Shown here piece after piece: positions 12,301 to 26,800 of a stretch of 64,000 nucleotides of DNA (position 1 is the first letter of the stretch; each line of letters opens with the position of its first letter). The notes below the pieces were generated by a model. It saw only the letters and a list, made by a program, of their open reading frames with translations. It had not been told where the DNA came from and did no database searches. Both the position numbers and the translations under genes were made by a program. Origin of the DNA: Antedon mediterranea (taxonomy: Eukaryota > Animalia > Echinodermata); contig NC_092675.1 in NCBI RefSeq assembly GCF_964355755.1, forward strand, positions 17,270,912 to 17,334,911. The letters run 5' to 3'.

Positions 12301-15300
12301 GGAGCACTGTGGCGCAGTGGTTAGAGCATTGGACTTGCAATCAAGAGGTTGTCGGTTCAATTCACTGCAGTGTTGAGTCCTTGAGCAAGATTCTTTATCC
12401 ACATTGTTCCTCCCCACCCAGGTGATAGAAATGGGTACCGGTATGTAAAAACTTAAAGTACTGGGAAGGTAAATCAGACTCGTTTGTGCGGGAGGAGTGG
12501 CGTACCCCCCACAAACATACACACTTAGTGGAGTCTGACCCAAACGCTATGGAGATGGGCACCACGGCCGTTAGCATTAGCTTAGGTTTCGACTTTACCT
12601 TTACCTAAATGCAATTAATTAAGACAAGGGCAGATAACCCCTTGTTATTGTCATGATCTATTCTTCTTTCTTTCCACGAATTTTGTTTACAGCGTATCTT
12701 TAATTCTGGTCAACATAAAGATTGTAGAACTTTGTCATAAGATTGATGTGTAGCTGTAGATGTAGAAACTTTGTTACATGACGTTAGAGTCGCGCAGTTT
12801 CAATTTATGAAATTTTATGGTTGCTCATAATTCTGAACAAAATTTATTTTTCAATGAAACTTTACAAAAGTGTATCTTATTATTATGGAGCAACTTTTGA
12901 CATGATAAAAATGGCGTGCTACACAAAAAATAATGAGAGTACGCGTATTTGAAATTTCAAAATGCGCAAAATTAATTTCTAATCAATTTCGCATACATTT
13001 CAGGAGATTTTGAGCATTTCAAAAATTTCTAGATTTTTTGCGTTTTGCCCACACGCTTGTACGCACAGCTTGTACCAAGCGTACAAAAATGGTTTTTGCA
13101 ATTGTTTTTTGTTTTTCATACCAGCTGTAGCAGATTTAAGTTATTTTCATGAACTTTAATTGCAAAATAATGACGCACGTGCACGTTAAACTAATAATCG
13201 TGTGCTAAAGAATAGATAATTTAATGCAAATTAATTGTGCAAAAATATACCTATTTTTAATCAGTTATAGCTACTCAGAATGGCTGGTTACCCCCATTTT
13301 TTAAATGTATTATGGAAGCTGATGAGTTGTTATCAATTCATGTACAATTTGTACCTACCGGTTGTTTTGACATCACCATATGACTGCTTAAATTTAAAAA
13401 ATAAAAATTTTGTCAGTTTTGTACTAGTTAATCCAATTTAATAGAGTGCATTGCGCTAACGCGTTCCCCATTTTCTCCTAGATTTTAATAACTTTCTCAA
13501 TCAATTCTCTTTCACATGAGTTACAAAAATTTTAATTTTTGTTACGTCATCATATAAAAATATTAGAATAACGTGAGTTACTTTAAATTTCATCTTTATT
13601 TACGTTACAGTATATTTTAATCTGTCATCGTAATGAAATGTGACCCATGTGATTAAAACTTATTGTGGAAGCTGTTTAATTATAGATATGAATTCATATA
13701 TAAAAATGTTGTCTATCTGATGTCATGACGTCATCATATGGCCAGATTTTCATCTCTTTCGTTAAGTTCATCGCGTTTAAAATAGAGCGCATCTCAGTTT
13801 TGCGTGCCCAAAATTCTTCAAATTTTTATTAATGTAATTATTTAGATAGTTATCTTCTAAAATTGTTACCTTTACCTTGTTACCGCTTAGATTAGTTTTT
13901 ATTGGCGTTCATGATGCACACTTGATTACTCACTTGCTAAATAAAGTACAAAATCATTGCTTGGAAAGATTATCTGAGTCATCCATTGCCATAGTTACTG
14001 GGTGTATAATATTTTTAATATACAAAGATGCTTTTTTACATAAAAAAGGAACATAACTTGCAAATTTTGTATTAATTTTTGTTGCATTATATAAGAACAC
14101 CATTTTAATATGAATAGATAATTCATTCATTCAGAAAGATTCATTTCAAAATTGAAATATAATACAGTACAACCGTTCATACCGTAATAATCCAGGTATT
14201 CAAAATTCATCATCGTTAGAAATTGGCTGGAGGGCCGTGGTCGTACAATTGAGGTCTGGCTCCTAGACTTACCTGTATATGTACAGTAGTGCCAGTCGTG
14301 TTCAGAAAAGTACTTGTTGTATTGAATTATTCTCTTGGATGTGTAGGTGTTTAATCGCTACTGAAAAGAAATACTAATATTTTGACCTTTGGATAAATAA
14401 TATAATAAATTGCTTAAAATATAGTGCTTATTATCTCTGTTACGGGTACCATGTCAAGCTGCCACCAGATAGCTCATTGGTATGTACATGACAGGGGATG
14501 GTATGGGCGCCGCAAGTACACCGGAGCAATAACCCCCTACTTTCTAGAGGTGCAGTTTTAAACATAGCCTTGATCCTGTTCCAATTTTTATTTAATAAAA
14601 AATTGTACTTTTAATTTGTTTCTTATAGGAAACAGTTTGCTTTATAATGGATCATCTGAAGTTTGTATCTATACACCACGAAAGCAACAAGATGGACACA
14701 CACAACATTGCTGTATGTTTTGGGCCTGTACTCATGTGCCCATCGGGTATTGGCGTACAACCACAAGCAAGTATGGCATTTGAGAAACACATAGAAGTAC
14801 TACAGGCTTTGCTTGATAAATGGCCAAATCCAAAAGGTATTGCATTTCAAATTGCCTAAAAAAAAAGAAAAGAACTGTATAAACATTCATTATTTTATCG
14901 TAAAAAATTTGCTAAAAATAACAATATTGAGAAATATTACTTAATTTTTACTCGGGGTACCCGAGTCTAGGACTTACCAGGGCTGCAAATTAAGGGGTAT
15001 TTGGTCGCATTCGCGACCTAATTTTTCTGTTTGCGACTAAAGAAACAGAATAGGTCGCGCATAGCGCGACAAGATCGTCTGCTTGTGCGAGTTGTTTCAA
15101 ATTGAAGTCGGGTGTGTTTTCCCTATTTCAAACACTGTGTAATTTAATCTCTCTAACTACGGACTCAGGAGTTTCCACTAGTCACCGCCGCCGCAAAGGA
15201 GTCAGGTTCATTCAAGCGTACAAAGCCCCTAAACATTTTACACTCGTTGTGATTGGAAGTTCGTCCATTTATTGCATGTTGCCTTACCCAATCACACAAA

Positions 15301-18300
15301 AGGACACCAAACACACAGCACAGTGTGACGCGCGGACGACACAAACCTCGTGGAAAATCACCTCCGTTTTAAAGAAGGAATATAAAATCAATTGTACCCC
15401 CGTACACAGAAGTTAGCCAGGGCGGGCGCGGTAGATACAAAGGATTGTCGCCGCGCAGTCATCAGCATTTTTAGGCAGTACATGGAGTAAAGGGCAGTAT
15501 AATGGTTATATCATGATTAATAAATAATGTAATTAATGATATATATAATAATATCTATTCATTATATAGATTAAACAGCAGTAATTGTTTATCAGTAGAT
15601 TTAATACTTTATTCCAGATTCTGATTATCGAAAATTATATATCAGAGAAAATACCGCAACTTTTCCTACGAAGTAGCTTCGTAGATAAAACAGACTACGT
15701 TGTTGGCTTTGTAGGTTACATTGTTTGGCTTCGTTAGTAACCTCAATAAACAACCTCACGATGTTCTTAGTAAGTAACAAGGTGTGAAAATTATTATTTA
15801 ATGTGTTATTTTTGACTGGCGGAGGAGGACCAATTTGTACATTACTAAGAAATATATAATATAATAGTTTTTATTCGTAAATATTTCATTCGTGTGTGTT
15901 TTTTTACTCTCAACGGCGAATATAAATTTCCCACAACGTAAACGTAGAGACACGATCCAACACAATGAACTATGCCAACTAATAAAAATAATATAGCGAA
16001 CGTCCAGTCGATCCAGAAACATGCAAACAAAAAGATCGTAAACAATTCATTCTAATAAATATAGTATCAGAACGTTCAATCGGTCGCTCAAAAAGACTGC
16101 CGACAGAAGACCGTAATTAATACATACAGACCTAGTTTTTTGGTCACATGTCATGAAACGCGATACTCTGTTTTACCACCGCAAACCTCTCGCATGTTTT
16201 TTTTACTCTCGGTACGAGGGGGATGGCTACAAAACAGTGTACCTGAATTTTGCGTCACATGAAACGTAATACAGCTCTAAACTGTTCCCACGGTTCGCAC
16301 GTTTTTCCCCTCCAAATTCTGGTCGGGTCTTTTGTCGTAATAATAATTTACAAAGGCCTATGTTAAATCTTAACATGGAATATATATTTATTTTGCATAT
16401 ATTTTGTTGGTGTCCTAGCCAAGGTGTTGTTGTTTTTATAATTCGCTAAACCAAGGTAGGATTGAATCATGTAGGCCGCTGAAACTCTCTCTGCGTGAGC
16501 TGAGGGCCTCGGGCCCGATTTCGTCTCGTCGGCGGATGTCCTGCCAAATTAGGACAACCGATGTGTAGGGCGGCTACAAAAATTAACGTCTAGGATTTTA
16601 ATTAGCCAACAATACATGTTTGTTTCCATTGTTTATACTCCTAACTAATTACTAACCCTACGAACCACCGTACGATCGACGCGTAGATATTAATATCATA
16701 AAATCGTAGGCATGGCAACGAACAATATTTTGGAAATTACAGGAAATGTTTAGCCATGGAGGAAATTTTTTCCTCCATGGTTTAGCGAACAATGACCTAC
16801 GATCTATTTACGCGTAGGCTACGAAAGGTTACGCGAAGCAGTAATTTCTTTCTGTACCGTAAAAATAATAGATCTTGCGTGAATATAAGTGGCGCATCAT
16901 CAGGACCAGTGCCTAAATGTGCATAACCCAAATTAATTGAATTCTTCAGTGCTGAATTTTTATGTGCTCAGAAATCGATTGAAACAACCTATAATTACTC
17001 AAAAATCTCCCCCCCCCCCCCAAAGCGGGGCCATTGGCGGCCCCCCTGACCCCCAGCCTAAGGTTGTACTGTATTTCATTTTTATACACCCCCCCCCCCC
17101 CCCACTAAACTAAAAACGGATCTGCGCGGATGGGGTTTGAGGGAAGGGGGTTAGTTGTCGATGAAAAGGTGCTACTAAAAAAATTGGTGGTGCTACCAAA
17201 AATTATTATGAGCCATCATACAAATTTGATAGTGCTACCAAGTAAAAAAGTTAATTTGCAGCCCTGCTTACTCATCTTTTCCTCTTCTTCCTCCATCTGG
17301 ACACTATTGAGTAAAAAGTGCGATTTTTAAAGTACTACTCCTCCCTTATTCGTTGTAGTATTGAGCTGGGATTTAGCATGAATATACTACAGGGACATGT
17401 CCTCAAAGCTATAGAGACGGATTTTAAAATTTCAAACCAGATGCAGCTATTTTACGTCTCGAAGCTCTGGTACCGTATAGCCGTATTTGGTATTGGTAGC
17501 GAGGTTATTGATGTGTATGTGACGTTACATCCGGTCTTATGACGTCATTACAGCTTCTTTTTCTGTACCCCGAGTATCGCACATTCGTGCTTGTTCATGT
17601 AGACTTGTGCAAACATAGAGTATGTGTACACCAGTTTATTCACAATAGGAACTCTCACATAAAATTATAGCACCTATAAAGTACTGTTAAGCTCTGTCTG
17701 CACTGATTTTCCCAAATATGGTAGTAATATGACATAATCCTGTCCATCCATATACAGTATGGCCCGGCACATCACATGTTTGATAGCGTAGATTAGAACT
17801 GCAGTTGAACTACAACTCTTTAGGTATGTGAGTCTATGGCCCTTTGGTTGGACCATTCCGATATATGACAATTTCTTTCTTTTTTTTTTCTGAAAATACA
17901 ACAAACTGAACAGATGAATTCCATAAATTACATGAGATTTTTAAACAAAGTACACTGAATGTAGTACAGTACTGTACTATCATTATCCTATGAAAATTAT
18001 ATTTTTAGTTTATATTTTCTGTATCAGAAAGTAAATGTAAAGTTGTTTTCTTAAAATCTGTCTAATTCAAATCTTCACAAAATCTTAATGAAAAGTTTCA
18101 ATTAACATCAGTACTATAGTTGTGAAAGGATGTTGTACTTCAAAATGAAACTAATAATTTTTAAAGTGGTACTGAAATAGCAACTTTCACGATCAATAGA
18201 AACTTGATTATCATAATATGATAATCAAGTTTATAATCAGAATTATAGCATTTAATAGATTTACATATTTACGGCCACTTCCTGGATGAATAGTAATTTC

Positions 18301-20599
18301 TCCAATTCACTGTGGGAAATTTATAATTTATTGCCATCGTAATCAAATTCTTCTGATTCTAAATTTGGGAAAATCTTGGAATATTTTCAAAATTTTGTAA
18401 TACAGTGCTTAGTTTATTCATATTGTGCCAGTTGGGTTTAATACAATGACTAAATTTGTAAATATCCTAAATATTTTAGGTGAACTACTTATTTTATTAT
18501 TTAAAAAAAAACGGATTATTAATATTTTTCAATGATACTATTGTAGAATGCCTCCTTTGGGGTATTCCTAAGATCCCTAGACCACTAGTATGCAATGGTA
18601 ATATACAGTTAGTCTATTTCATGCCTGACTTTAAGCTTGGTTCTAACTTGGACGCAACGCAAAATATAGGTGCAACGCAAGTGAGTGTTGACCAATCACA
18701 AGTGACATTTAGGATGGTCTATCACATCGTGATTGGTCAAATTACTCACATAGGCTGACGTCCCTGTGTTGCATCCAAGTGGGAACCAAGCTTTAACTGG
18801 GTATTAATGGTCTTTCACATCTGTTCTGGCAAGAGATCGGAACAGCGCCGGCAAACCAAATAAAATGTCAGTGTTTACGATATGCGCATATCGACCGGCG
18901 TATAGCTGCGTGGAACGTTGTGAAAACGAAACATTGACATTTAATATACCGGAATGGATGTGAAAAACCATTAAAGCAACATAAAGTAGTTCTTTTCCCC
19001 TCTGAGGAGAGATCATTTCTGTAGTACAGAAATGCCTGTAAGTAACATACAATCTTAATATCCATTTTACCGTAATATGAATTTTTAGCTTTCAGAAAAT
19101 AATTATAGCATTGGTTGATTGAATATCCAATGGTACGATAAAACATAGATAAATAGATAGAGATGTGTGGGGAGGTCAATGATGAGGCTTTTAATATTAT
19201 ACAATGAATTAAAAGGTAAACAAATTAAACAAATATATGCCTGATAGACTAAAGGTCATATCACTACAATAAAAATGTACTTTACTGTACATACACTATT
19301 TAGTCAACCACCTTCATATTATTGTTTTTCAATAGCCTATACTATTTGAAAATTACTATTGTATATCTATTCAATACATTCATGAACATGAATAGGCGCC
19401 ACACCTAACACGATGTCATTCACTACAATATGTGCATGATCTCAGCTTAATGTGTATTGTAATATATTACTTATAAAACACTAATTTGTCGTAATACTGA
19501 ATTTATTAACCGAACCTCCACTACATTATCAATGTGGAATAAGTACCAACATTTTGAATACCATTTCATATAGGTAATAAATATAGATTAAGGTGTACCG
19601 GTATTTCTAAACTATAACAATAAAGTATACTAAATCTAGTAAAATTACAGTAACTGTAGTAAGTTTATTTATTCTTTAACTAAAATTACTATACAATTGT
19701 GTGGTTTGATATTGATTGTGCACACATACACAAACTAAATTTATACAAGACAAGTTTGAAAAATATGCAAAGAAATTGATTTGAGTGTTTGATTAACATT
19801 TTTTAGGAAAGTCAAATATTTTGTTGGTAACATTCAGTGTATAATGCTATACAGCATACTCTGTGTTGCTATAGGTATAAGCATTCACTGAGCGTATGTT
19901 AATTAGCATGGGCATTCTACATGCATCTCAAATAAATTAATGTAGAAATGCAAGACATGCAACTACAGTATATTTACTTTTAGCTTTTTATTTAGCTTTA
20001 TAAAACAATGTACATGATACAAGTTATGTTTTTTCTTAAAGAATATAAAAGACATATTTTAAAAACCTTGTTTGTAATATTCATTGAGGAATATTCTATT
20101 CTATTAGAATATAGAGATGTTTACAGGGCATCCATTGACCATATGAATACTATTATTACAATTTTCACCCCATTGTGATACTCTAACGACACTCTGCTGT
20201 TAATTTGCCATAATTTAAACTCATGAAAAAGGAATAGTATTAATACTTAATATAATTTAACTCCAAATGGGATTACCATATTTTTAATTGTGAATCTATT
20301 CTGCAGTCTAATAATTTATATTAAAATACTCCATGTCTCCTTTGTAAGTTGAAATTTGAATTTACCCACCCAATATATAATAACCCCCTACTTATAATGC
20401 GTCTGATTACTGATAATGAGCATAGCTTCCAAAATACTTATTTTAAAGTTCGTTTTATGATATTTTTATTATATTAGGTCCCAGAGAGAATGAAGATACA
20501 GTAGAAAAGAAGAAGGAAACTGACCACCAAGAGGAAGATAGTTGTTACCATAGTAATGATGATCTGGATGAAAACATAGCAGAAGTCACTGAGGTGTGA
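6321..20599 (+). CDS. SYDE1: SYD-1/RhoGAP100F-like Rho GTPase-activating protein (PDZ-C2-RhoGAP), about 875 aa; join(6321..7506,9117..10073,10579..10733,14629..14836,20478..20599)
   Basis: PDZ (KLGFYIREGNG..GIFITRLVLGG..LLRVGDEVLYVN), C2 (GMLTLHVHGGR..RDLYCIIMVD..FNWDERFELDL) and RhoGAP (GLFGVPL..GIYRVCGS..ITGVLKDYLRELPEPLFT..NKMDTHNIAVCFGPVLM). All junctions are GT-AG with matching phases (1,1,0,1). The last exon is less certain: read-through to TAA 14857-14859 is the alternative, and an optional 51-nt exon at 18547-18597 is possible. Confidence 0.88.
12301..12606 (+). mobile_element. tRNA-derived SINE with Deu/Nin-type central domain
   Basis: A-box TGGCGCAGTGG and B-box GGTTCAATTC, then GTCCTTGAGCAAGA..CCACCCAGGTG..AAATGGGTACC, and a (TTTACC)n tail. 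Confidence 0.8.
14949..17595 (+). mobile_element. HINE/DINE-like element interrupted by a TIR element
   Basis: 5' TACTCGGGGTACCCGAGT palindrome, 3' inverted GTACCCCGAGTA followed by GCACATTCGTGC hairpin and TTGTT. Same layout as the other HINE family in this window. Confidence 0.55.
14978..17266. mobile_element. 2.3-kb non-autonomous hAT-like DNA transposon
   Basis: Perfect 16-bp TIR CAGGGCTGCAAATTAA...TTAATTTGCAGCCCTG flanked by a 5-bp direct repeat CTTAC. No transposase ORF. The interior (about 16055-16700) resembles 53255-53820. Confidence 0.75.
18634..18792. mobile_element. PIF/Harbinger-type MITE
   Basis: TTA|AGCTTGGTTC..ACTTGGA...TCCAAGT..GAACCAAGCT|TTA, with 3-bp TTA TSD. Confidence 0.75.
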
Positions 20600-20692
20600 A
20601 ATTGGAAGTTCACTCTTGAATACGGAGAAAATCGGTGAAGACCCTCTGATCACCGAATAAATATTGCCCATCAATTTGACATGCCTACCTAA

Positions 20693-20800
20693 AGCTCTGT
20701 CTACACTATCAAACATTATGTGAAAAAAAAATGTGATGTCATGGCCATATCACTACCAATACCATATTTGTCAAACTAGTTTGATAGTGTAGAGAGAGCT
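20693..20800. mobile_element. PIF/Harbinger MITE (AGCTCTGTCTACACTAT family) in the RhoGAP 3'UTR region
   Basis: TIR AGCTCTGTCTACACTATCAAAC...GTTTGATAGTGTAGAGAGAGCT, flanked by TAA/CAA. Confidence 0.75.
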
Positions 20801-22294
20801 CAAGGTTTCATTTGCACTGGACTTTTTAAACTAACTGAGTGGTTGATTAATCCAAATGAAAATAATAAGAATATTTGATTGGACTGAACCGCTTTGCTGC
20901 TAGTTTGACCGAAAGAGGGCTTTAAGTCAATAACTGCAATACAATTCAGTAGTTTTCACTACCCATCATAATTATTTTTAAAATGTGCCATGTATTGTAT
21001 TCTAATAATGAGCCAGAAAAAGTGTTGCTATTTAGGCGCTGTCCACACCAATGGAGTTACAGTGTTTTAATGTACGACGCTGATTTTTATGCCTGTACAG
21101 ACAATTATTTTAGCATTGTTTCCAATTAGGAACCATATTAATGGAAAATGGTCTAGAATATCATTTTAGCGTAACATGCTGATGCAATTCAGTATTCTAA
21201 CCAATCAGAATATTTGCTATGATGATAACAAGAAGGATGAAACTTCCATTGAAATAATCATTTTATTTGTATTTTTATGCGTTTTATAATTTAACTTTAC
21301 TATCACTGATCAGCGTCGTCGTCCTTACTTCATCGATGGGAACATATAATAGCATTAGGTATATGAAATGAACATACCCTGTACTTTATTGAAATTATTT
21401 TTTCTCTGTTAAACCTTGATTGTAAAATGGATGATTTAAATACTTCCTCCATGGTTGTAATAATGCTAATTTTAAAAACGACTATTTTTGTAGATTTGAA
21501 AACTCATAAATAAACAACAATATTAAAATAGTTATTTGAACGACTGAAATTATAAATAGCTTATTTAATAAAAAAAACCTGTTTAATAACTGAATATTAC
21601 ATTGTATTATGAATAATTAAATAGGAAGGACAGGAAAATTGAATAAGTGAAATAGTTGTGTTGAATTCATATCATTAAAACATAATTGGAAGTTCCTAGG
21701 CAACGGTTGAATGAATGGTTTTTCTCAACAAGGTCATTCAAAATGGCCTATACTGTCACAACAGAATGTAGAAATATATGAATTATTTCTAAATATAATT
21801 ATAAGTAAATTTGATTAATAATCCGTTTCTTTATTTACAGCTTAAACACAAGGGAATTTAATTCAAGTAATCTAACTATACGACTGTTGATTGTTTCTCT
21901 GTTTGAAATGACATGATGTTGAAAACAGTTAAAGCAATAATTTCCTTTAGTTTGTACATAGCATGGAACCTTGTTATAAACATCTGTTGCTAAATATAAG
22001 AATATTATATAATTGAAGTTACCTTTGAAATAGTAGCAACATTTAATTTATGTATTTATTCATTGTTTTATGCCTGTTGCGAGACTCTGTTAAGCCACGT
22101 ACATAAAAGTATTGAAAATAATTAAGGTGTAATTATGCCTTATGCGAGATTCTCTTAAAGGTGCACACAATTGTGAATAACAGGTATGCTATGCACGTTA
22201 ATTGTATGATATATACTTTTATTTTCTTCTGAACAATTTTATTCAGAATAATATGTATAGAACTGTACTGTTTCAATACATAAATTAATTTGGA

Positions 22295-23847
22295 CTAGAT
22301 GGCACGCTCGCTTCGCTCGCGTACCATCTAGGTCGTGCCCACAGATGGTTCTCGAATACACAGTATTTCCAGCGAGAAAAAAATGGAGATTTCAAATGTA
22401 CGTACCGCAGGACTATAATACATTGTCGTTTACAGAAACGAATAAATATACACAATGATTTATGTAGTCAACCAAAATTAGCACCCTGGGAATTACTTCC
22501 GAGAGAGAAACACATTTTTTTATTTGGACTCATTTAAACAAACCCAATTTGTGTTTTGTATGTAACATTAAGGGTTGAGGGATGGGGAAAGAAGATAGGT
22601 ACAAAGAGGAAACATTTTAAAATATATTCTTATCCACTCAGTAACGAAATATTGTTTTTAATGTTTTATAGGCCTATAAATAATATACCACTAAATACAG
22701 TAAAACATTTACGATTTAATACGGTACTTTGTTAAAACTCTCACTGTCATAGTCGATTGAAATAGTAAAGTACATGTAACGATACACCACTACGACGTTT
22801 ATATATTTTTAAATTATTAATTAATACAAACGTTGAGAAGCAACTGTCAGTAATAACGTTTATTTATTTGTATATTATATGTTTATAATCTAACAGTAGG
22901 GCCTACCCACACTCACAGTAATAAAGTTTATTTGTATATATTTTATATTACATCTAACAGTACCAACACTCACAGTAAGAAATTTGCGATTCAAATTGCG
23001 ATCAAAAGTGGTTAATACCTTAACAGTATTGTACAGCATTGCAATACTATTTATGTTTATTCTCCAAGGGGGCCCATAAATCTAAATCTATACCTCTATG
23101 GTTAAACCAAATAATTTGGAATGTTTATTTGTATATTATAATTATATGTTTATAATCTAACAGTAGGGCCTACCCACACTCACAGTAATAAAGTTTATTT
23201 GTATATATTTTTATATTACATCTAACAGTACCAACACTCACAGTAAGACATTTGCGATTCAAATTGCGATCAAAAGTGGTTAATACCTTAACAGTATTGT
23301 ACAGCATTGCAATACTATTTATGTTTATTCTCCAAGGAGGCCCATAAATCTAAATCTATACCTGTATGGTTAAACCAAATAATTTGGAATGTTCCATTCA
23401 TCACAAATCAATACATTTGTAAAAACGTATATTAAATGTATCAAAATAGTATTTTTTAAAGAAAATCGGCCTGTCTTCAACATTATGATGCTGTACTCGA
23501 ACTGTTCAACCGGTTTTCAGCTATTAAAAACAATTATCGTAGGAGGAGATAGAAAAATGCGAAGCCTCCTCGCATTTTTGTGGCGGGTATTTTTCAAGAT
23601 GGACATCCATTAGACAGTGTATACCACGATCGGAAAACACCCCTATTTGGGGCAAATCTTTGAACCTAAATTCGTTTTAATCGTCAATAACTAATTATCT
23701 AACTTAATTTAATTAGTAAACAGGGTTACATCAGGTGGTTAAAATCAGTACCGAAAGTACGAACCAACTTTACATACCATCGAGTAAAAATTCTAAAAGT
23801 AAGGCGCGATTTACCGAATTTTGCCCTTACGTAAATTTATATATAGA
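22295..23847 (-). mobile_element. Non-autonomous Helitron with internal 267-bp tandem duplication
   Basis: On the minus strand it begins A|TCTATATAT and ends in a CTAGATGG..CCATCTAG hairpin with CTAG|T. The unit at about 22860-23126 is repeated at 23127-23393. Confidence 0.7.
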
Positions 23848-26800
23848 TGCTTTTGGGCACAACATTTTTTAGTGGGAGTGTGGTGCATTATCACTCATTT
23901 ATTAGTGAAAACACAAGAGGTTAATTTAATCTTATGCATTGTATCTTAGACAAGGCAATTAATAATTGCTTTAATATGTGTAAATCAGTCGTTCCAACCC
24001 ATAAGTTAACAATTCGGAATTTAATGAATCTGACGCGTTTTGAATTAATTTGACACGTTTTTATGGATGTAACTCATTTTAAATTCATCACAGATTACCT
24101 CGTGCAATCCGTATTTCAATCTTAACAGAATGTAATTATGTATTAAATACAGAAATAAACTTAAGTAATGTGGGGTTGAACATGTTTTTTTTATCTAAAA
24201 CCAAAATTTTGGGAGATTTTGTTCATATTCGGGAGGGAGCCTACTACACATTTTGATTCAATACAGTACACACGATATTAGCAGCAGTTTTTGAACAACT
24301 TAAGAATAGTTTGAATGTGTCCCAGTCTGAGCAGCGTTAGTGTTGGCCTCATGGTTTAGGAACAAACGATGATTATAAATAGCTTTTTGCTTTGTATTTG
24401 TATCTCCATTGATATCCAGACACTGAACCCCACAACATTTTCATTTTTTCAGTAATTTACCTTTTGATATATAAAGAATTAATACACATCTTTGATACAA
24501 TATTTAAAAGTTTCTTTACCCACAGAAATATCTCAGTTCAGCATATTGCAATAATCTGTAAATTGACTACAAAAACCCACTTTACATTATTTGATTTTTA
24601 CAGTTAATATTAACTGCAACACTTTACTGTAGGTTTTATTTTGTTAGAGCAATATTTGTTTCAGTTTTTGTAACTAAAAATAGTTTGTTGACATTTATAT
24701 GATAAATTATAATTCCGTCCAGTGTGTATTCACATTTGATCTAATTACCTTTATCTGTCATTGTAATAAACAATAAATATAAAGCCATAATATGTTTATA
24801 TTAAATTTATTATAAAATACTATCCTATATTTACATAAAAAAAAGCAATGGGCAATTTTTATTACTGTAAGATTAAATGTTGTGCGCTAAATAATTAAAC
24901 CAGTAATATTGTTGGTAATGTTGATAACAAAATTCCCACTATTTAATAGCAGTATTTGTAACATAATATAACATTTAGATAACAAAAGCTGATCAACTGT
25001 AACTTTGAATAATTAAATATTTATCGTAAAATAAATAATGGGAGGGAAGTCCAAACATTGACATCTCACAGTACATAAAGATATTCAGGGAATCTAAATA
25101 TTTACACTTTGAAGTCACACTTAATATTACAGTTTAATGTGCTTTTTTATGTTTAATATAAGGTGTGTGCTTATGATATAATAATTTATATTTAAATTAA
25201 AATTATTTTATAAGGTACCTTAACTGGTTACTATACACAGTTTAGATACTGTTAATTTTGTCTATTGGAATATGGCTTTATTTTAACATTTTATTGCTTT
25301 CATAACTGGGACCGGACCAGTCTGATTTAAATGTTGTACGAAATATTGTCATGCTGTCATTTGCCCTATGTAAAAAGGTCAAATGGTCATTACATGTACA
25401 AATTATTAAAATAATCAGACACAAGTTTTCATGTGCTCAGCGGGAGTACAGATTTTATCTGAATCAATGGTGATTTAATATCCCAATTGAACCAAAGAAA
25501 AGCCTAACATGTCTCGAACCTCTTGTAATGCATGTTTTCTTTTCTCTCCCAATTATTTTTGGATGATGTAAATTAAGCTAGTTTAGTTTTTCCTTTGAAA
25601 TATGAGAATATGGATTATACATAAATATGTATAAACATATAACATGTAGTCATACCATGTGAAAAAGACATCTGGTACATATTATAAGAATAATTTAATA
25701 TTTTTTAAGAGGAAAATGACTTGATGAATTTGTTGTAATTAATAATTCTATATTGTAAATAGTATCAGAACCCACAATGAGTGGAAATGTAATGAACATT
25801 TCATTAATTTATAGTATACCTTGTCTCAATTGCCTTCTACTCTTAATTTGTTGTACATCCAAACTCAATTACATGTGCTGTATATACAGTTTAAATTATG
25901 AATTATTTGTCCATAAATTTGAACAAAGTAATTGAAAATTTATTTATGAATAATATGATGTATAATTTAATATTTTCATGGAAAACACTACATACAAAAA
26001 AATGTGTACGTTTTTGCAATATAAATAAGTTAGAAATAACGTAAAGAATTTTGTCTGTAGTGTAAATGCTGGTTTGAAAATTGACTGTGCAATGGTGGTT
26101 GATATTGTTTCACACCATCAAATATTACAATCAGAAAGAAATGGAAAAACAAATAATTTTGGGTTATGTTTAGGACTGTAGGTAATAATTAGTAGATAAA
26201 TTATAAAGTATAACCATATTTGATTTGAAACTACAGTCTGTGACCTGAGAGCATTTTAAAATGATGTACTGAGTGTCATTTATATTTATGCAGTAACACA
26301 GTGAAACAGTGATATAGTGACATTTCTGCAGTAATGCTTCTTGCAGTATTTACTGTATACAGTATATTATTATGCAAGATTATTTTTGTCTTTTTTAATT
26401 GTCAAAATGACATTTGTTTAATGGCAAATAGATCCATTATTTTTAGTGAACAAATAATCAAATGTAAAGACATTGCTGGACGGTTTCTCATGTTCCATTT
26501 AAAATTTAGAATTAGAGCTATTTTTCACCATGGAGAAATTAATTACAGTAGAACCTGTATTAGGGGACACCTTCGAGACCCAACAGAAGTGTTTATGATA
26601 TGGTGTCCCCTGAGAGGTTACTATAGTGGTGCATATTGAGAGGGTTATGAATTGGACATGTTTAATAAATTGTACAGAAGACAAACACTCTAGCATTTCT
26701 AGAAAGATATTTATTTAAGTTGTACTAGTTATTCTTGGTGCAAGTAAAACAATGATGTAGAAATCTCTGTTGATTGTGAAAAATTGTGTGTGCTTGTCGT

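Noticed and set aside
12301-12372. tRNA-Cys-like gene (anticodon-loop TTGCAAT)
   Set aside because: The acceptor stem and T arm do not close properly, and the sequence continues into a SINE body and tail.
12720-14070. Probable additional TE in RhoGAP intron 3
   Set aside because: Composition looks repeat-like, but I could not identify termini, a TSD or a second copy.
15618-15676. Alternative phase-1 terminal exon for the RhoGAP
   Set aside because: Lies inside the 14978-17266 transposon; the 20478 exon has a much more protein-like composition.
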